This document shows positions 18,919 to 28,251 of a DNA stretch of 45,116 nt, one piece after another; within the stretch, counting starts at the first letter, position 1; each line of letters starts with the position of its first letter. Source of the stretch: an uncultured Candidatus Bathyarchaeia archaeon (GTDB taxonomy: Archaea; Thermoproteota; Bathyarchaeia; 40CM-2-53-6; JALHTG01). The stretch lies in contig CAYQCQ010000002.1 in NCBI GenBank assembly GCA_964416035.1, positions 1 to 45,116 of the forward strand, given 5' to 3'. The position numbers were made by a program, and so were the translations under genes. The notes beneath the pieces are model-generated. The model was not told the origin of the DNA. It was given only the letters and a program-made list of their open reading frames with translations, and did no database searches.

Positions 18919-19567
18919 GCCTTATCGTAATGTCACTGAACTCATGATCCTGAAAGAGAACAAGCCTTTTCTGGCAAGCGAGAAACAAGACCATAATAAA
19001 CCGCCTAACAACCTCTACAATCGGCAGCCCTCTCGTCAGCCTCACAAACGAAATCGAAGCATTCCTCCTAGACAGCTCGTTAAGATGAAGGTAGAAAACC
19101 TCCAACCGCTGATCAATATCTGTAAGAAATTCATCCAGTCCATCAGTAAGCTGGGTGGGCAGAAGTATAGGGGTCTTCTGCTTCGCCAACACAGTCCTTT
19201 CACTTTCAAGAACCTCCTCAAGCGCCCTCAATAGTTGCTCGGCAGAGGCTGACACAAACTCATACCGTATCGGAAGCGGAAGAGGAGGAGGAACCTCCTC
19301 GTCGATCCTCTGCAACTTAGGCTTGGGAGGCTCCTCCAGTTTGAGTACAAGCTCAGATTTCATGCGATGAATCATCGCCGAAGAGAGGAGGGCGGTTCCC
19401 GAGGCCGTGAAGTCTATGTATCCGCTCTTCTTCATCTCAGCAAGGAAGGAATTCAGTAGAAATGTGACATTAACGTCCCAAGGCTTGAGTCTATGAAGAC
19501 GAATCAGGTCGAAGAGAATCACATGTGGCGGTTGTAGCCAGAAAGGTTTCCCGTTCGGCTCTGTCAA
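18884..19567 (-). CDS. scpA: Segregation and condensation protein A (kleisin)
   Basis: 227 aa with 'FDLIRLHRLKPWDVNV' near the N-terminus. Its TTG start overlaps the smc TGA stop (TTGA). Confidence 0.8.
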   Translation of the reverse strand: MTEPNGKPFWLQPPHVILFDLIRLHRLKPWDVNVTFLLNSFLAEMKKSGYIDFTASGTALLSSAMIHRMKSELVLKLEEPPKPKLQRIDEEVPPPLPLPIRYEFVSASAEQLLRALEEVLESERTVLAKQKTPILLPTQLTDGLDEFLTDIDQRLEVFYLHLNELSRRNASISFVRLTRGLPIVEVVRRFIMVLFLACQKRLVLFQDHEFSDITIRLAGMVSQVGAE

Positions 19568-22500
19568 TTGGATGCGACCGCCATGGGAAGCGAAACCACT
19601 TGGGATATACCTTCCTGTACAAAGACCCCATAGACTTTGTTGGCTCGACTTATTGTTGTGTCCCTCAGCGAAATTGCAATGAACTGCGATCCCTTTGACC
19701 TTGACTTGAGAAGCTCAGCCAATCTTTGGGAGTTGAGGAAATCTAGGTGAGCGTCGATCTCGTCGAAGATGTAGAATGGCAGCCGATGAATGGTTTGGAG
19801 GGCAAGCAGGAAGCAAACCGTTGCTACCGATTTTTCTCCTCCACTGGCAGAGCTGACTGCAAGCGCTGGTTTGTCAGGAAACTGAAGAAGCATCTCCAGC
19901 CCCCCTTCAAATGGTCTCTCAGTATTCTCAAGTGTTAGCCTCCCCTGACCTCCGCTGCTTATCTCGGAAAACGTTTCTTGGAAATTCTTGTTGACCTGGT
20001 TCAGAGCCCCGATGAATGCATCATGTTTCTTCCTGTCAAGTTCATTCATGAAGGAGATTATCGAGAGCTTCTCTTTTTCGAGTTCACCTATTCTCACTGA
20101 GAGTTGCTTGTAGTTGCCTATTACTTCCTCGTATTGTTGAGGAGCAAGTTGGTTCACTGCGCCTATGCGCTCCAGCTCTCTACGCAACGCCTCCAGAGTA
20201 CCTTCGATTTTTCTCGTCTCTTCCAAGCCTAGCTGCGCGGATTCCCCATATCCTAGGTCTCTCAGTTTGGCAAGGCAAGTTGAGATCTGCGTTTCCTTCT
20301 CCCTGATCTGCACTGAAAGCTGGTTGCTGGCTTGACTGACGGATTCGTACTCTTCGTATGCCTTGTCAATATCGCCCTGTATCTTACTGAGTTCGGTTTC
20401 AGCTACCTCACGGTGCTCCTTGATTGAGGAGACAGCGGATGAAAGCGCTTCGCTTCTTGTTTCCAGACTCTTTAGTTCGGCTTTGGCTGTTTCCAAGCTC
20501 TTCCTAGCTCCGTCTAGGCTTCTTTCTCTTCTTTCGATTTCTTGACATAGTGTCTTTGACTGGATGCGCGCCTGATCCAGACTTGAGGCTAACGTCTCAA
20601 TTGATTTTTCTAGGGATGAGAGCTTTCCCTCAATATGTACCTGCTCCTGCTTCAACTCGTTCAATGGCCTCGTCAAGGCGAAAAGCTCGTTCTCGGTTTG
20701 GACGAGGTAGCTTGATTTGACCGAAAGCTTTAGGGAACTTCTTTCTTTCTGTAGTTGCGTTAGTTTTGGCCTGACTTCACTCTGAAGGCTCTTAAGCCCG
20801 GACAGGTCTTCGAGTTCTTTGCCGATTTCATCGACGGTTGCTTTAGCTCGTGATCTCGCTGCCTCTAGTGATTTCTTGGCAAGCTGAAAGTTCTCTTGGA
20901 TCTCTGCTATTTGTCTGCTAGCTCTCTCAATGGCATTTGTTCCTTCGATTTCCGTTTGCTTCAGGACCGAAACTTCCTGGGTTAGTCTCTGCGTTTCAGC
21001 TTCTCCTCGCTCGATCAGCGTCTCTAGAGACCGAAGGGTTCGATCAAGATTCTGTATAGCTGAGGGAGTCGGTATGATAGATGCTAAGTCGAAGGGTTCA
21101 CGGAAGTATCCAGCTTCTATTCCGCCTCCAGGCTCGAAGAGATCTCCTGTGAGCACTACAGCTCTAAGTCCTTCAATGGAAGCAAAGAAGGCGGCCTTCT
21201 GGTCTTCCGCGAGAATCGTATCGCCGAAGACAAAGTTCAAAGCAGGCTTGACTTCTTCAGGGCATTCCACGAAGTCCACTAGCCGTCCGACTACGCCGGG
21301 GATATCCAAGCAATTCTCGACGGGTTGGGTGGGTGAGACACTGTTGGCCGGTATGATCTTGAGTCTGCCAAGCTTTGCCCGCTTCAGGATTTCAGCACAG
21401 ATCATCGCTGTTTCAACGTCTTTGACCACAAGCGCAGTCATCCACCCAGCTGATGCGGCCTCCGCTGCTCTTAGGCATCTCTCGTTGATCTTGACGAGTC
21501 TCTGAAGTCTCCCGTATACCCCGACTATTGCCCCTGCTGCAGCCATCTCTTCGATCTTCCTCAGAGCGTTCTCTTCTGGCGCCAATGTCTCAATGAGTTC
21601 CTTCTGAGTTTCGAACTCGGACACGGACAGTCGAGCCTTTTTCGCGATTTCGGCCGCCTCAGTGATCTCTTGCTCCTTCATCCTCAGAAGGAGCTGGCTC
21701 TGCTCAAGCTTGCTACCACTAGCGTTGACCCGCCTCTCCTCTTCTTCACGTAGTCGAGTGATCTCGTTCAGCCGAATGTTCATCTCCTCGATGAGTTTCA
21801 GATAGTCCGAACACCTCGCTTCGAGAGCCTGTCTCTGACTCTCTAACAACTCGATCTTTGCCGTCTTGCCAGCGATCTGGGGCTCGATGTTTGCCAGCGA
21901 TTGGGAAAGATTTTCCATCTCCTGTTCAATTCCCTCGATCTTCGCAGTGTTCTCTCCCAGCCTCTCTCTGGTCAGGCGAACCTTCTGAGAAAGTACATCA
22001 TACTGTCCCTGTTTCTCGACTACTGACGACAAGATTTCCTGATGTCTTTTCTGGAGAGTCCTCTGATCCTCCTTCATTAGATTCAGAGAAGACAGAAGTT
22101 GGTCAACGTGAAGCTGAAGTGCCTCCTTCTGTCTCCCGAAGGCTCTGAGACTAGCTTGCTCTGACTCGATCTGAGTGGTCAAGCCAGCTATGGTTGCATT
22201 GATGTCTCCAATTTTCCTCTCCACTTCGAGGAGTTCGCTGCTTCCTTTGTCGACCACTTCCTGCTCCAACTGTCTTCTCTGCAATTCAAGGAGGTCTCTT
22301 CGCTTTCCTAGCTCTTCTCTCCTCCTCTTGATCTCGTCAATTCGCCTCTGCATAGCTTCGGCCTTGCCTCGTAGCTGCTCGAGAGCTTCCTGTAGCCGTT
22401 TCAGCTCTCTTGATACAAGTGTGGCGTCCAGTCTGCCGATCTCTCTATTCAGAAAGGCGTATCTGAGGAAGTCGTTTCTTTCCTTTTCAAGCGATTCTAC

Positions 22501-23106
22501 CCTGTTTCTCACTTCTTCAATTCTTGCAGACGCAACCCTCAGATTGGTATCAGCTATACCAAGTTGCTTTTGGGCTTCCTGCTTCTTCAAGTCGTAGATA
22601 CCGATTCCGATCATATCCTCGATTATCTTTCGACGCTCTTCGGCGGTGACCTCGGCGAGCCTAGTTACTGCATGCTGAGGAATCAGGTTGTATCCGCTAA
22701 CTTGAATGTCAGCTGAAGACATTATGTCTGTAAGTTGCTTCCGGGATATTCGCCTCCCGTTCAGCCGATAGATTCCTTCCCCTCCCTTTCGGAACTCTCT
22801 CGAAATGGTGACTGCGTCAACCTCAACGGGTATTCGTCTATCCGAGTTATCAAATTGGATCGAAGCCCAAGCAGATCGAGACTGAAGTTGAGGAGAGGTC
22901 TTATGGATTATGTCGCTGAAGGAAGTGCAGCGAAGCTCCTTCGGACTGAGCTCGCCCAAGGCAAACCTGACGGAGTCCATGACGTTGGACTTGCCTGACC
23001 CGTTGGGCCCCGTTATGACAGTGAAACCTCTATCAAGCAAGATGGAGACTTTCTTTTCGAAGGTCTTGAAACCTCTCAGCTCGATCTTCTTTATGTAGAC
23101 CAGAAT
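19564..23106 (-). CDS. smc: Chromosome segregation ATPase SMC
   Basis: The track ORF (19564..23040) starts at an internal TTG. The frame is open upstream and encodes the conserved '(I)LVYIKKIELRGFKTFEKKVSIL' before 'LDRGFTVITGPNGSGKSN'. The signature 'SGGEKS', Walker B 'YIFDEIDAHLD', a hinge and long coiled coils are present. The start is assigned to ATT 23106 or CTG 23103. Confidence 0.9.
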   Translation of the reverse strand: MLVYIKKIELRGFKTFEKKVSILLDRGFTVITGPNGSGKSNVMDSVRFALGELSPKELRCTSFSDIIHKTSPQLQSRSAWASIQFDNSDRRIPVEVDAVTISREFRKGGEGIYRLNGRRISRKQLTDIMSSADIQVSGYNLIPQHAVTRLAEVTAEERRKIIEDMIGIGIYDLKKQEAQKQLGIADTNLRVASARIEEVRNRVESLEKERNDFLRYAFLNREIGRLDATLVSRELKRLQEALEQLRGKAEAMQRRIDEIKRRREELGKRRDLLELQRRQLEQEVVDKGSSELLEVERKIGDINATIAGLTTQIESEQASLRAFGRQKEALQLHVDQLLSSLNLMKEDQRTLQKRHQEILSSVVEKQGQYDVLSQKVRLTRERLGENTAKIEGIEQEMENLSQSLANIEPQIAGKTAKIELLESQRQALEARCSDYLKLIEEMNIRLNEITRLREEEERRVNASGSKLEQSQLLLRMKEQEITEAAEIAKKARLSVSEFETQKELIETLAPEENALRKIEEMAAAGAIVGVYGRLQRLVKINERCLRAAEAASAGWMTALVVKDVETAMICAEILKRAKLGRLKIIPANSVSPTQPVENCLDIPGVVGRLVDFVECPEEVKPALNFVFGDTILAEDQKAAFFASIEGLRAVVLTGDLFEPGGGIEAGYFREPFDLASIIPTPSAIQNLDRTLRSLETLIERGEAETQRLTQEVSVLKQTEIEGTNAIERASRQIAEIQENFQLAKKSLEAARSRAKATVDEIGKELEDLSGLKSLQSEVRPKLTQLQKERSSLKLSVKSSYLVQTENELFALTRPLNELKQEQVHIEGKLSSLEKSIETLASSLDQARIQSKTLCQEIERRERSLDGARKSLETAKAELKSLETRSEALSSAVSSIKEHREVAETELSKIQGDIDKAYEEYESVSQASNQLSVQIREKETQISTCLAKLRDLGYGESAQLGLEETRKIEGTLEALRRELERIGAVNQLAPQQYEEVIGNYKQLSVRIGELEKEKLSIISFMNELDRKKHDAFIGALNQVNKNFQETFSEISSGGQGRLTLENTERPFEGGLEMLLQFPDKPALAVSSASGGEKSVATVCFLLALQTIHRLPFYIFDEIDAHLDFLNSQRLAELLKSRSKGSQFIAISLRDTTISRANKVYGVFVQEGISQVVSLPMAVASN

Positions 23107-23169
23107 CCGCCGGGCTCCTACTAATCCATTGATAGTGTCTCCGTTGGACGAGCGTCGAGTCTTAAATCG

Positions 23170-23177
23170 TTTTTAAA
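23170..23177 (-). promoter_or_regulatory. Candidate TATA box for smc operon
   Basis: Minus-strand TTTAAAAA sits in the 168-nt gap upstream of smc. A second AT-rich box (TTTTATAT, minus) lies at 23187-23194. Confidence 0.3.
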
Positions 23178-23271
23178 GGTTCTTTGATATAAAAGGCGCT
23201 ACGCTATCTTGGGTCTGCACGGATTGATTTGGATAGACCCACTGAGGCCTTCGGTGGACTGGAAGAGGCTT

Positions 23272-23730
23272 CTAGCGGCGTCTCCTCTTCGTCACAGCCT
23301 TAGCGAGAACCAGGAGAACAACGGCTACGATCGGCAGGAGATAGGTTTCGAACTCGGGAATCGGAATCTCCGACCTTTCCATGTAGAAATTCATCTGGGC
23401 CGCAGCGCCCTCGGAGATTGCTATGACCCTAGCTTGTGTCTTGAATCCAGGACACTCGACTGTTACATTGAGGAGCCCGGACGGCAGAAACATGATGTAG
23501 CTTCCGTTGAGACCAGTTGAGACTGATTCCACAAAGATGCCGTCCCTGTATGCCGACACTCTAGCCCAAACCAACGGGATGGCCTCATCATACATGTTGT
23601 ATCCCCAGACTCTGCCGCTTAACATGCCCCCGCCTAGTATCGTACCTGCAGCGTCAGGCGAGCTGCCTGTGAACAAAAGGAAACTAAAGGCCATTAAGAC
23701 TACGGACAAGAGCAATATCCGTTTCCTCAT
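23272..23730 (-). CDS. Secreted carboxypeptidase-regulatory-like (beta-sandwich) domain protein with PEF-CTERM sorting signal
   Basis: 152 aa with signal peptide 'MRKRILLLSVVLMAFSFLLF'. The C-terminus 'IPEFETYLLPIVAVVLLVLAKAVTKRRRR' is PEF + TM helix + Arg cluster (nt 23275-23358). Its ATG overlaps the upstream stop (ATGA). Confidence 0.8.
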   Translation of the reverse strand: MRKRILLLSVVLMAFSFLLFTGSSPDAAGTILGGGMLSGRVWGYNMYDEAIPLVWARVSAYRDGIFVESVSTGLNGSYIMFLPSGLLNVTVECPGFKTQARVIAISEGAAAQMNFYMERSEIPIPEFETYLLPIVAVVLLVLAKAVTKRRRR

Positions 23731-26700
23731 TGGCTGACCATCCTCGTACTTGAAACATCTGGAGATATCCCCATTAAGGTTTTCGAATTTCGCGTACCTT
23801 TCGATATGCCGTGTGCCTGGATCTTCTTAGCTAGCCAGTGTATTGCTAGGCCTACTGCAATGCTTGATAGGCATGCCGTTGCAATGAGGAAAAGGAATGT
23901 GGCCATGGTCGTTGTTACTGGAGCACGAGTTATCTCGCCGAAGACTATTAGTTCAATTCCAATCATGAGGGCTATTCCAATGTACTTGGGCAAGTTCTGT
24001 CCTAGGGCAGGTCTCCTTCTTCGGGAAAAATGAAGCGTCAGGAGGGACAAAGGTGTTAGGTAAACAATGCCAACTAGCGCAGACGCAGCGAAGCCTGCGA
24101 CGAAAAAGGCAAACTCTGAACTTGTGCCAATTGCATAGTAGACTGATGCCGATAAGGCCAGAATCTGAAGAGTAGGATAGAGCAGCGCTTTCGAAACCAT
24201 CTTCAGTGTGGGATTCTCGCTTATTGATGCGGACAAATTCGGGGCTAAGGAATGGCATAGCTGGTCGAAGGCTTCAGACCAGTGTCTTGCAGCAAAGGTT
24301 CTGGGAATGTGCCGTTCTCTAGTCGCCTCTAGGAGGCTGAGTTCTGCAAGGCTATCTGGGCCGTATGTGGCCGCCAATATGTTCAGAAGCCCTCTCGGCT
24401 TCCTCAGATATGCTAGCTCAATGCTTCTAGGCGAGTTGATTGTTTGGGGCGAGTCAATAGGCTGTCCGTCGGAATCTCTCCATCCTTGCAGCGCATATTC
24501 GTCGATACCTGTCTGGATCTTTGTCGGGGCATCGAGAGACACTATGCTGCCCGCATCCATCCACTCGGAGAGATCGAAGGGCATCGTTCCATTCCGCCAT
24601 TTTGAGTTGACTTTGATGGAAACACCCGTTCCATTCGGAAGCCCGACAACGCTCAAGCTAACTAGGTACTGCGTTCTCCAAGCCGCGCTCACGGTCTTGG
24701 GACAATTCATCACCACTGATCCTTCACAGGAGAACCCGTCATAGTCCCCCGTCCACTTCGCGAAAACGTAGCGAACCCCGGTTCCCGAGCTGACCATTGG
24801 CTCAACGGAGAACTTTGCGGTTTCACCCGCTGAGATCCATCCCTGGCCAGACGGCTTCCCACGTTCGCTCAGCACTCGAAGTTCATATTCAGTTCTCCAG
24901 TTCGCGATAATAGTCCGTGGACCCATCATTGCAATTGTGACTTCAGTTGACTCGGAGGTCAAGTCGCCCGACCAATTGATGAATACTTTTCTGGTGCTAT
25001 TCCCTTCGTCGACGGGAGAGGATGCTTTTAGTTGAACTGCAGCTCCTTCTCCATACCACCCCTGTTCAGCAAAGGGGCCGACTGCTGACACTATCGTGAG
25101 ATAATGTTCGACAACCCAGTTCGCCGTGAGATTGTATGGGCGGTTCATAGAGATTTGGAGAGAGGTCGAGTTCGAGGTGTAGTTTCCGCTCCAGTGAGAA
25201 AACGTGAGGCGCGTCTTTCCGCTGTTCATGGGGATAGGGGAGGCTGCCTCTGCAGTGGCTGTGCTGTTCTCGTCATACCAGCCATCCCCTGAGGTTGTAC
25301 CCTCGCCTGAATCTATTATGAGACGATACTGCGTCTTGTATTCTGCCGAGAGAGTCACGTCTCCTGCGGCTGAGTACACTCTAGGGTTGGAAGTGTCACC
25401 GTCACTCCATCGGACAAAGATCTGCCTTTTTCCAGGTGACATAGAGTACTCATACGGAACCTCGACCGTCTGCTGCCCTGGCAGAATTGGAACCTCGACC
25501 ACCATTGTTCCGTTTGCAGCATACATTGTGCCATTGACTCGGATTGATCCTCCTGCCCATGGAAGCCTCACCGAGAGAACCGAACCGACTACGAATTCAC
25601 GAGTGATCTCGTTATTGTAACGATTGAGCTCGCTCAAGCGACCTGCAGGATCAGCGACGCATCTTAGCACATGTTTGCCGAATGTAGCGTTCCAGGTCAA
25701 CTGAATGAGTTGTGATTGTCCAGGTTCGAGCGCAAAGGTGTTAGTGTAGAAAAGTCTGCCGTCAAGATAGATCTCCACAGTGAAGTTTAAGGCCGACGCT
25801 GTGCCCTGATTTGTTATGTAGGCGGATAGCGTGCTCACTCGGCCTGCACGCGGGGGATGGGGGAGAATCTCCAACCTTGTCACGGCAAGGTCAGAAGCAG
25901 GTCCCACGCGATTGATTACTAGCCGGTAGTTCTGTTCATTTGTTCCCAAAATTGACACATATATTTTGTTAGTGGAGTCGCTGAATGTGCGCCCTGGTTT
26001 GAATGTTGCATCATCCATTGTAGCAGTCAGTGGGTTTGCGTCGATGATTCTGATACTTCCGGCACCGCTGATTTCTCCATCGACATAGGTCACCAGTAGA
26101 CCAGTATCCGGCAGGCCGATGTCAAATCCTATTCTCTGCCTCAACTCAAGAAGGTAATATGCCCTGTCCGTGATTGGAACTTTGACAACTAGTGTGGTCC
26201 CATTCAGTTCAAACGGGCTGAGGGTGACATTGCGAATGATCCCGCTCGGCACAACTGCTACTTGGCTTTCCGATATCCATCCAAGTCTGATTTTTCCCCA
26301 AGCTAACATGTGAGCCGGGCTACTGCTAGGTGGGTTGCCGTTCCAAAGTCCCTTTCCCATCAACTCCCATCTGCCGACGTAGTCGCTTCTTCGATACGGA
26401 TCGTAGAGGTCGGGAAGGCCGAGAAGATGGCCAAACTCGTGTGCGATTACCCCAACCGTGTCTGCTCCCTCACTCTCTATTTCTGGAACGATCATAGCTT
26501 TCGAGAAGGAGACACCATCTCGGGTCTTGAACCAAACACCCATGAGATAGGCGCATGACCACATGTCGTTTGAGTTACCTGAAGTTTCCTGACCGGCGCC
26601 AGCGTGAAGCACGATGAGGTAGGAGTATTGGCTGAAGTCTATTTCCGGATCTGCTACGTCGATCGCTTCTTGAATAAGCATCCAGCTGTCTGGAGATCCA

Positions 26701-27131
26701 TCGCCGTTTGGATCATCAATGTTCAATGCGCTGTCACGCCCATACGCCCCGGCAGTCTTATTCATTTGGTACCATCGCGAGGTACTTCCAGTCAGGAAGA
26801 TCTTGTCGTAGGAGACTTCACGATAGTATTGGTTGACTCTGTTGAAGACTACATCGCTTATTTCGCTCTTGGTCTTCGTGCGGTTCAGATTCGTAAATTC
26901 CACACAGAGTACAATTGCAGATTGAGGACCGGATGGCGCAAGCCCATATCCGAGTGAAATCGTCAACGAAAGTGGTATCGGAATTGTCTCATTGAATGGA
27001 GGAGAGAAATGGGTCGAAACAGCAGGCGTAGCCAAAGCCGAGAGCGGAGGGCCTGCGAATCGGATCGACACGGTAGATAGGATGCTCAAAAGAACAAGTA
27101 ACCTAGGAAGTCTACTTGACGCGTCTCTCAC
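23727..27131 (-). CDS. Large surface protein: M6 (immune inhibitor A-like) metalloprotease domain + CARDB-like domain + 5 tandem repeat modules + polytopic C-terminal tail
   Basis: The zincin site 'IAHEFGHLLGLPDLYD' is at nt 26427-26441 (HEFGH). The CARDB-like segment reads 'LAVTRLEILPHPPRAGRVSTLSAYITNQG'. The track start is 27209, but GTG 27131 is preceded by GGAGG at 7 nt and opens directly on signal peptide 'RLPRLLVLLSILSTV'. There are at least 15 N-x-S/T sequons. Confidence 0.8.
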   Translation of the reverse strand: MRDASSRLPRLLVLLSILSTVSIRFAGPPLSALATPAVSTHFSPPFNETIPIPLSLTISLGYGLAPSGPQSAIVLCVEFTNLNRTKTKSEISDVVFNRVNQYYREVSYDKIFLTGSTSRWYQMNKTAGAYGRDSALNIDDPNGDGSPDSWMLIQEAIDVADPEIDFSQYSYLIVLHAGAGQETSGNSNDMWSCAYLMGVWFKTRDGVSFSKAMIVPEIESEGADTVGVIAHEFGHLLGLPDLYDPYRRSDYVGRWELMGKGLWNGNPPSSSPAHMLAWGKIRLGWISESQVAVVPSGIIRNVTLSPFELNGTTLVVKVPITDRAYYLLELRQRIGFDIGLPDTGLLVTYVDGEISGAGSIRIIDANPLTATMDDATFKPGRTFSDSTNKIYVSILGTNEQNYRLVINRVGPASDLAVTRLEILPHPPRAGRVSTLSAYITNQGTASALNFTVEIYLDGRLFYTNTFALEPGQSQLIQLTWNATFGKHVLRCVADPAGRLSELNRYNNEITREFVVGSVLSVRLPWAGGSIRVNGTMYAANGTMVVEVPILPGQQTVEVPYEYSMSPGKRQIFVRWSDGDTSNPRVYSAAGDVTLSAEYKTQYRLIIDSGEGTTSGDGWYDENSTATAEAASPIPMNSGKTRLTFSHWSGNYTSNSTSLQISMNRPYNLTANWVVEHYLTIVSAVGPFAEQGWYGEGAAVQLKASSPVDEGNSTRKVFINWSGDLTSESTEVTIAMMGPRTIIANWRTEYELRVLSERGKPSGQGWISAGETAKFSVEPMVSSGTGVRYVFAKWTGDYDGFSCEGSVVMNCPKTVSAAWRTQYLVSLSVVGLPNGTGVSIKVNSKWRNGTMPFDLSEWMDAGSIVSLDAPTKIQTGIDEYALQGWRDSDGQPIDSPQTINSPRSIELAYLRKPRGLLNILAATYGPDSLAELSLLEATRERHIPRTFAARHWSEAFDQLCHSLAPNLSASISENPTLKMVSKALLYPTLQILALSASVYYAIGTSSEFAFFVAGFAASALVGIVYLTPLSLLTLHFSRRRRPALGQNLPKYIGIALMIGIELIVFGEITRAPVTTTMATFLFLIATACLSSIAVGLAIHWLAKKIQAHGISKGTRNSKTLMGISPDVSSTRMVSQ
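24405..25577 (-). repeat. Five tandem ~75-90-aa coding repeat modules (InlB B-repeat-like: 'G.GWY..G....A.P......F..W.GD')
   Basis: Covers aa 545-935 of the large protein. Three central copies are clearly alignable ('GDGWYDENSTATAEAASP...LTFSHWSGN', 'EQGWYGEGAAVQLKASSP...KVFINWSGD', 'GQGWISAGETAKFSVEP...YVFAKWTGD'). Confidence 0.7.
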
Positions 27132-27412
27132 TAGCGCTCCTCCTTTCCCACAGATTCTTCTTGAAGCGTGACCGCGTAGCGTCGTGCCTTGTGGCATAAA
27201 GCAGTTCAAAGCACATTATCATACAGAGCCGGCGACAATTCCAAGCGAAAATCTACATATGCTGGTCATTTTTGATCCTGTCGCATCGACCGCAATGGTC
27301 CTCGATAGTCGGGAGAGCCGTTTCAGCCCTTTAAAAGCACGAAGGCCTATACCCCAAGTTACGATCTGATCAAGATGCGCCTTCCTTGATCGCTCTACGG
27401 TGACTGATACAA

Positions 27413-28164
27413 TCAATCCTCGAGCACTAGGATTGAGACCATACTGAAGTTCTGTGTTACCGTGGCGAGGAACTCGTCAGAGAAGGCTTTTCGGGCAACC
27501 GAAATAATCCGCCGAAGTACATTCGATTGGATGTTTAGGCCTCTGATTTTCATAAGTGTTCTCTCATATGTTAGGTCAACTGTTCGATGAGTATCGGCGA
27601 GCGCAAGGACGCTTCTGCGGGTCTTCGGAAAGTACCCTTCGTAGCCCTCTCCCTTATGGGCGACTTTGACGTAGAAGTTTACCAACGGTCGAGGAATCCA
27701 TGAAAGAAAAGGGAGAAGAAAGTGAGGCTCTATTATCTGATATTCATTCGCGCATTGCACATATGCTGCACCCTTTCGAGCTAAGAGCCACAAAAGTTCC
27801 TGCATCAGTTTGGCTTGGTCGAAAACATGCTCCAATACGTCATTTCATAGGACGAACTAAACACTCTCGTCTCTGAATGGTATGCTTGTTGCGTCACCAA
27901 GACTAACTCTAGGGACGCTTTCTCTTGGGCTTGTCTCAAGTATCGTTTCTCTCTGTCAAGACCGACCAAGAGGGTGGACATCTGTCGGAAGAACTCTGAT
28001 ATCGGGGCCGGCCCACATCCTAGATTCAGGATAGCTTTCCCTTCCAGAGCTATCCGTCCCTTTAGGAAGTTGAGAACTCTCTTAGCCCTTTTACTTGACC
28101 TCCCTGTGTAGGATGTCAAATCGGAGAGTGCAGCTGTGAGATCGAATGACAGAGGTTTACACAA
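27413..28164 (-). pseudogene. Class I SAM-dependent methyltransferase, disrupted (1 frameshift + in-frame TAG + in-frame TGA)
   Basis: Track ORFs 27805..28164 (motif I 'ILNLGCGPAP', 'VGLD') and 27413..27835 ('EHVFDQAKLMQELLWLLARKGAAY'). My translation of the third frame reads 'VDATSIPFRDESV*FVL*NDVLEHV', with TAG at 27857-27859 and TGA at 27845-27847. The frame change is at the run 27912-27914. Confidence 0.8.
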
Positions 28165-28251
28165 TGATGGCCCGCTCCAATACCTTCTAGCAAGATTCTC
28201 CAGTAGCAGGGCTATTTTGGTCAGCCCTTGAAGGAAAGATTTGCGTCGGAT

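Noticed and set aside
9996-23106. Inteins or large insertions in RadA, SMC or ABCE1.
   Set aside because: The lengths and motif spacing of all three proteins are normal, and no Hint/endonuclease blocks were seen.
27219-27416. 65-aa minus-strand ORF between the methyltransferase remnant and the protease gene. Its TTG start overlaps the upstream TGA.
   Set aside because: It has no motif and a basic, unstructured composition, and it overlaps the likely promoter/SD region of the protease gene (GTG 27131).
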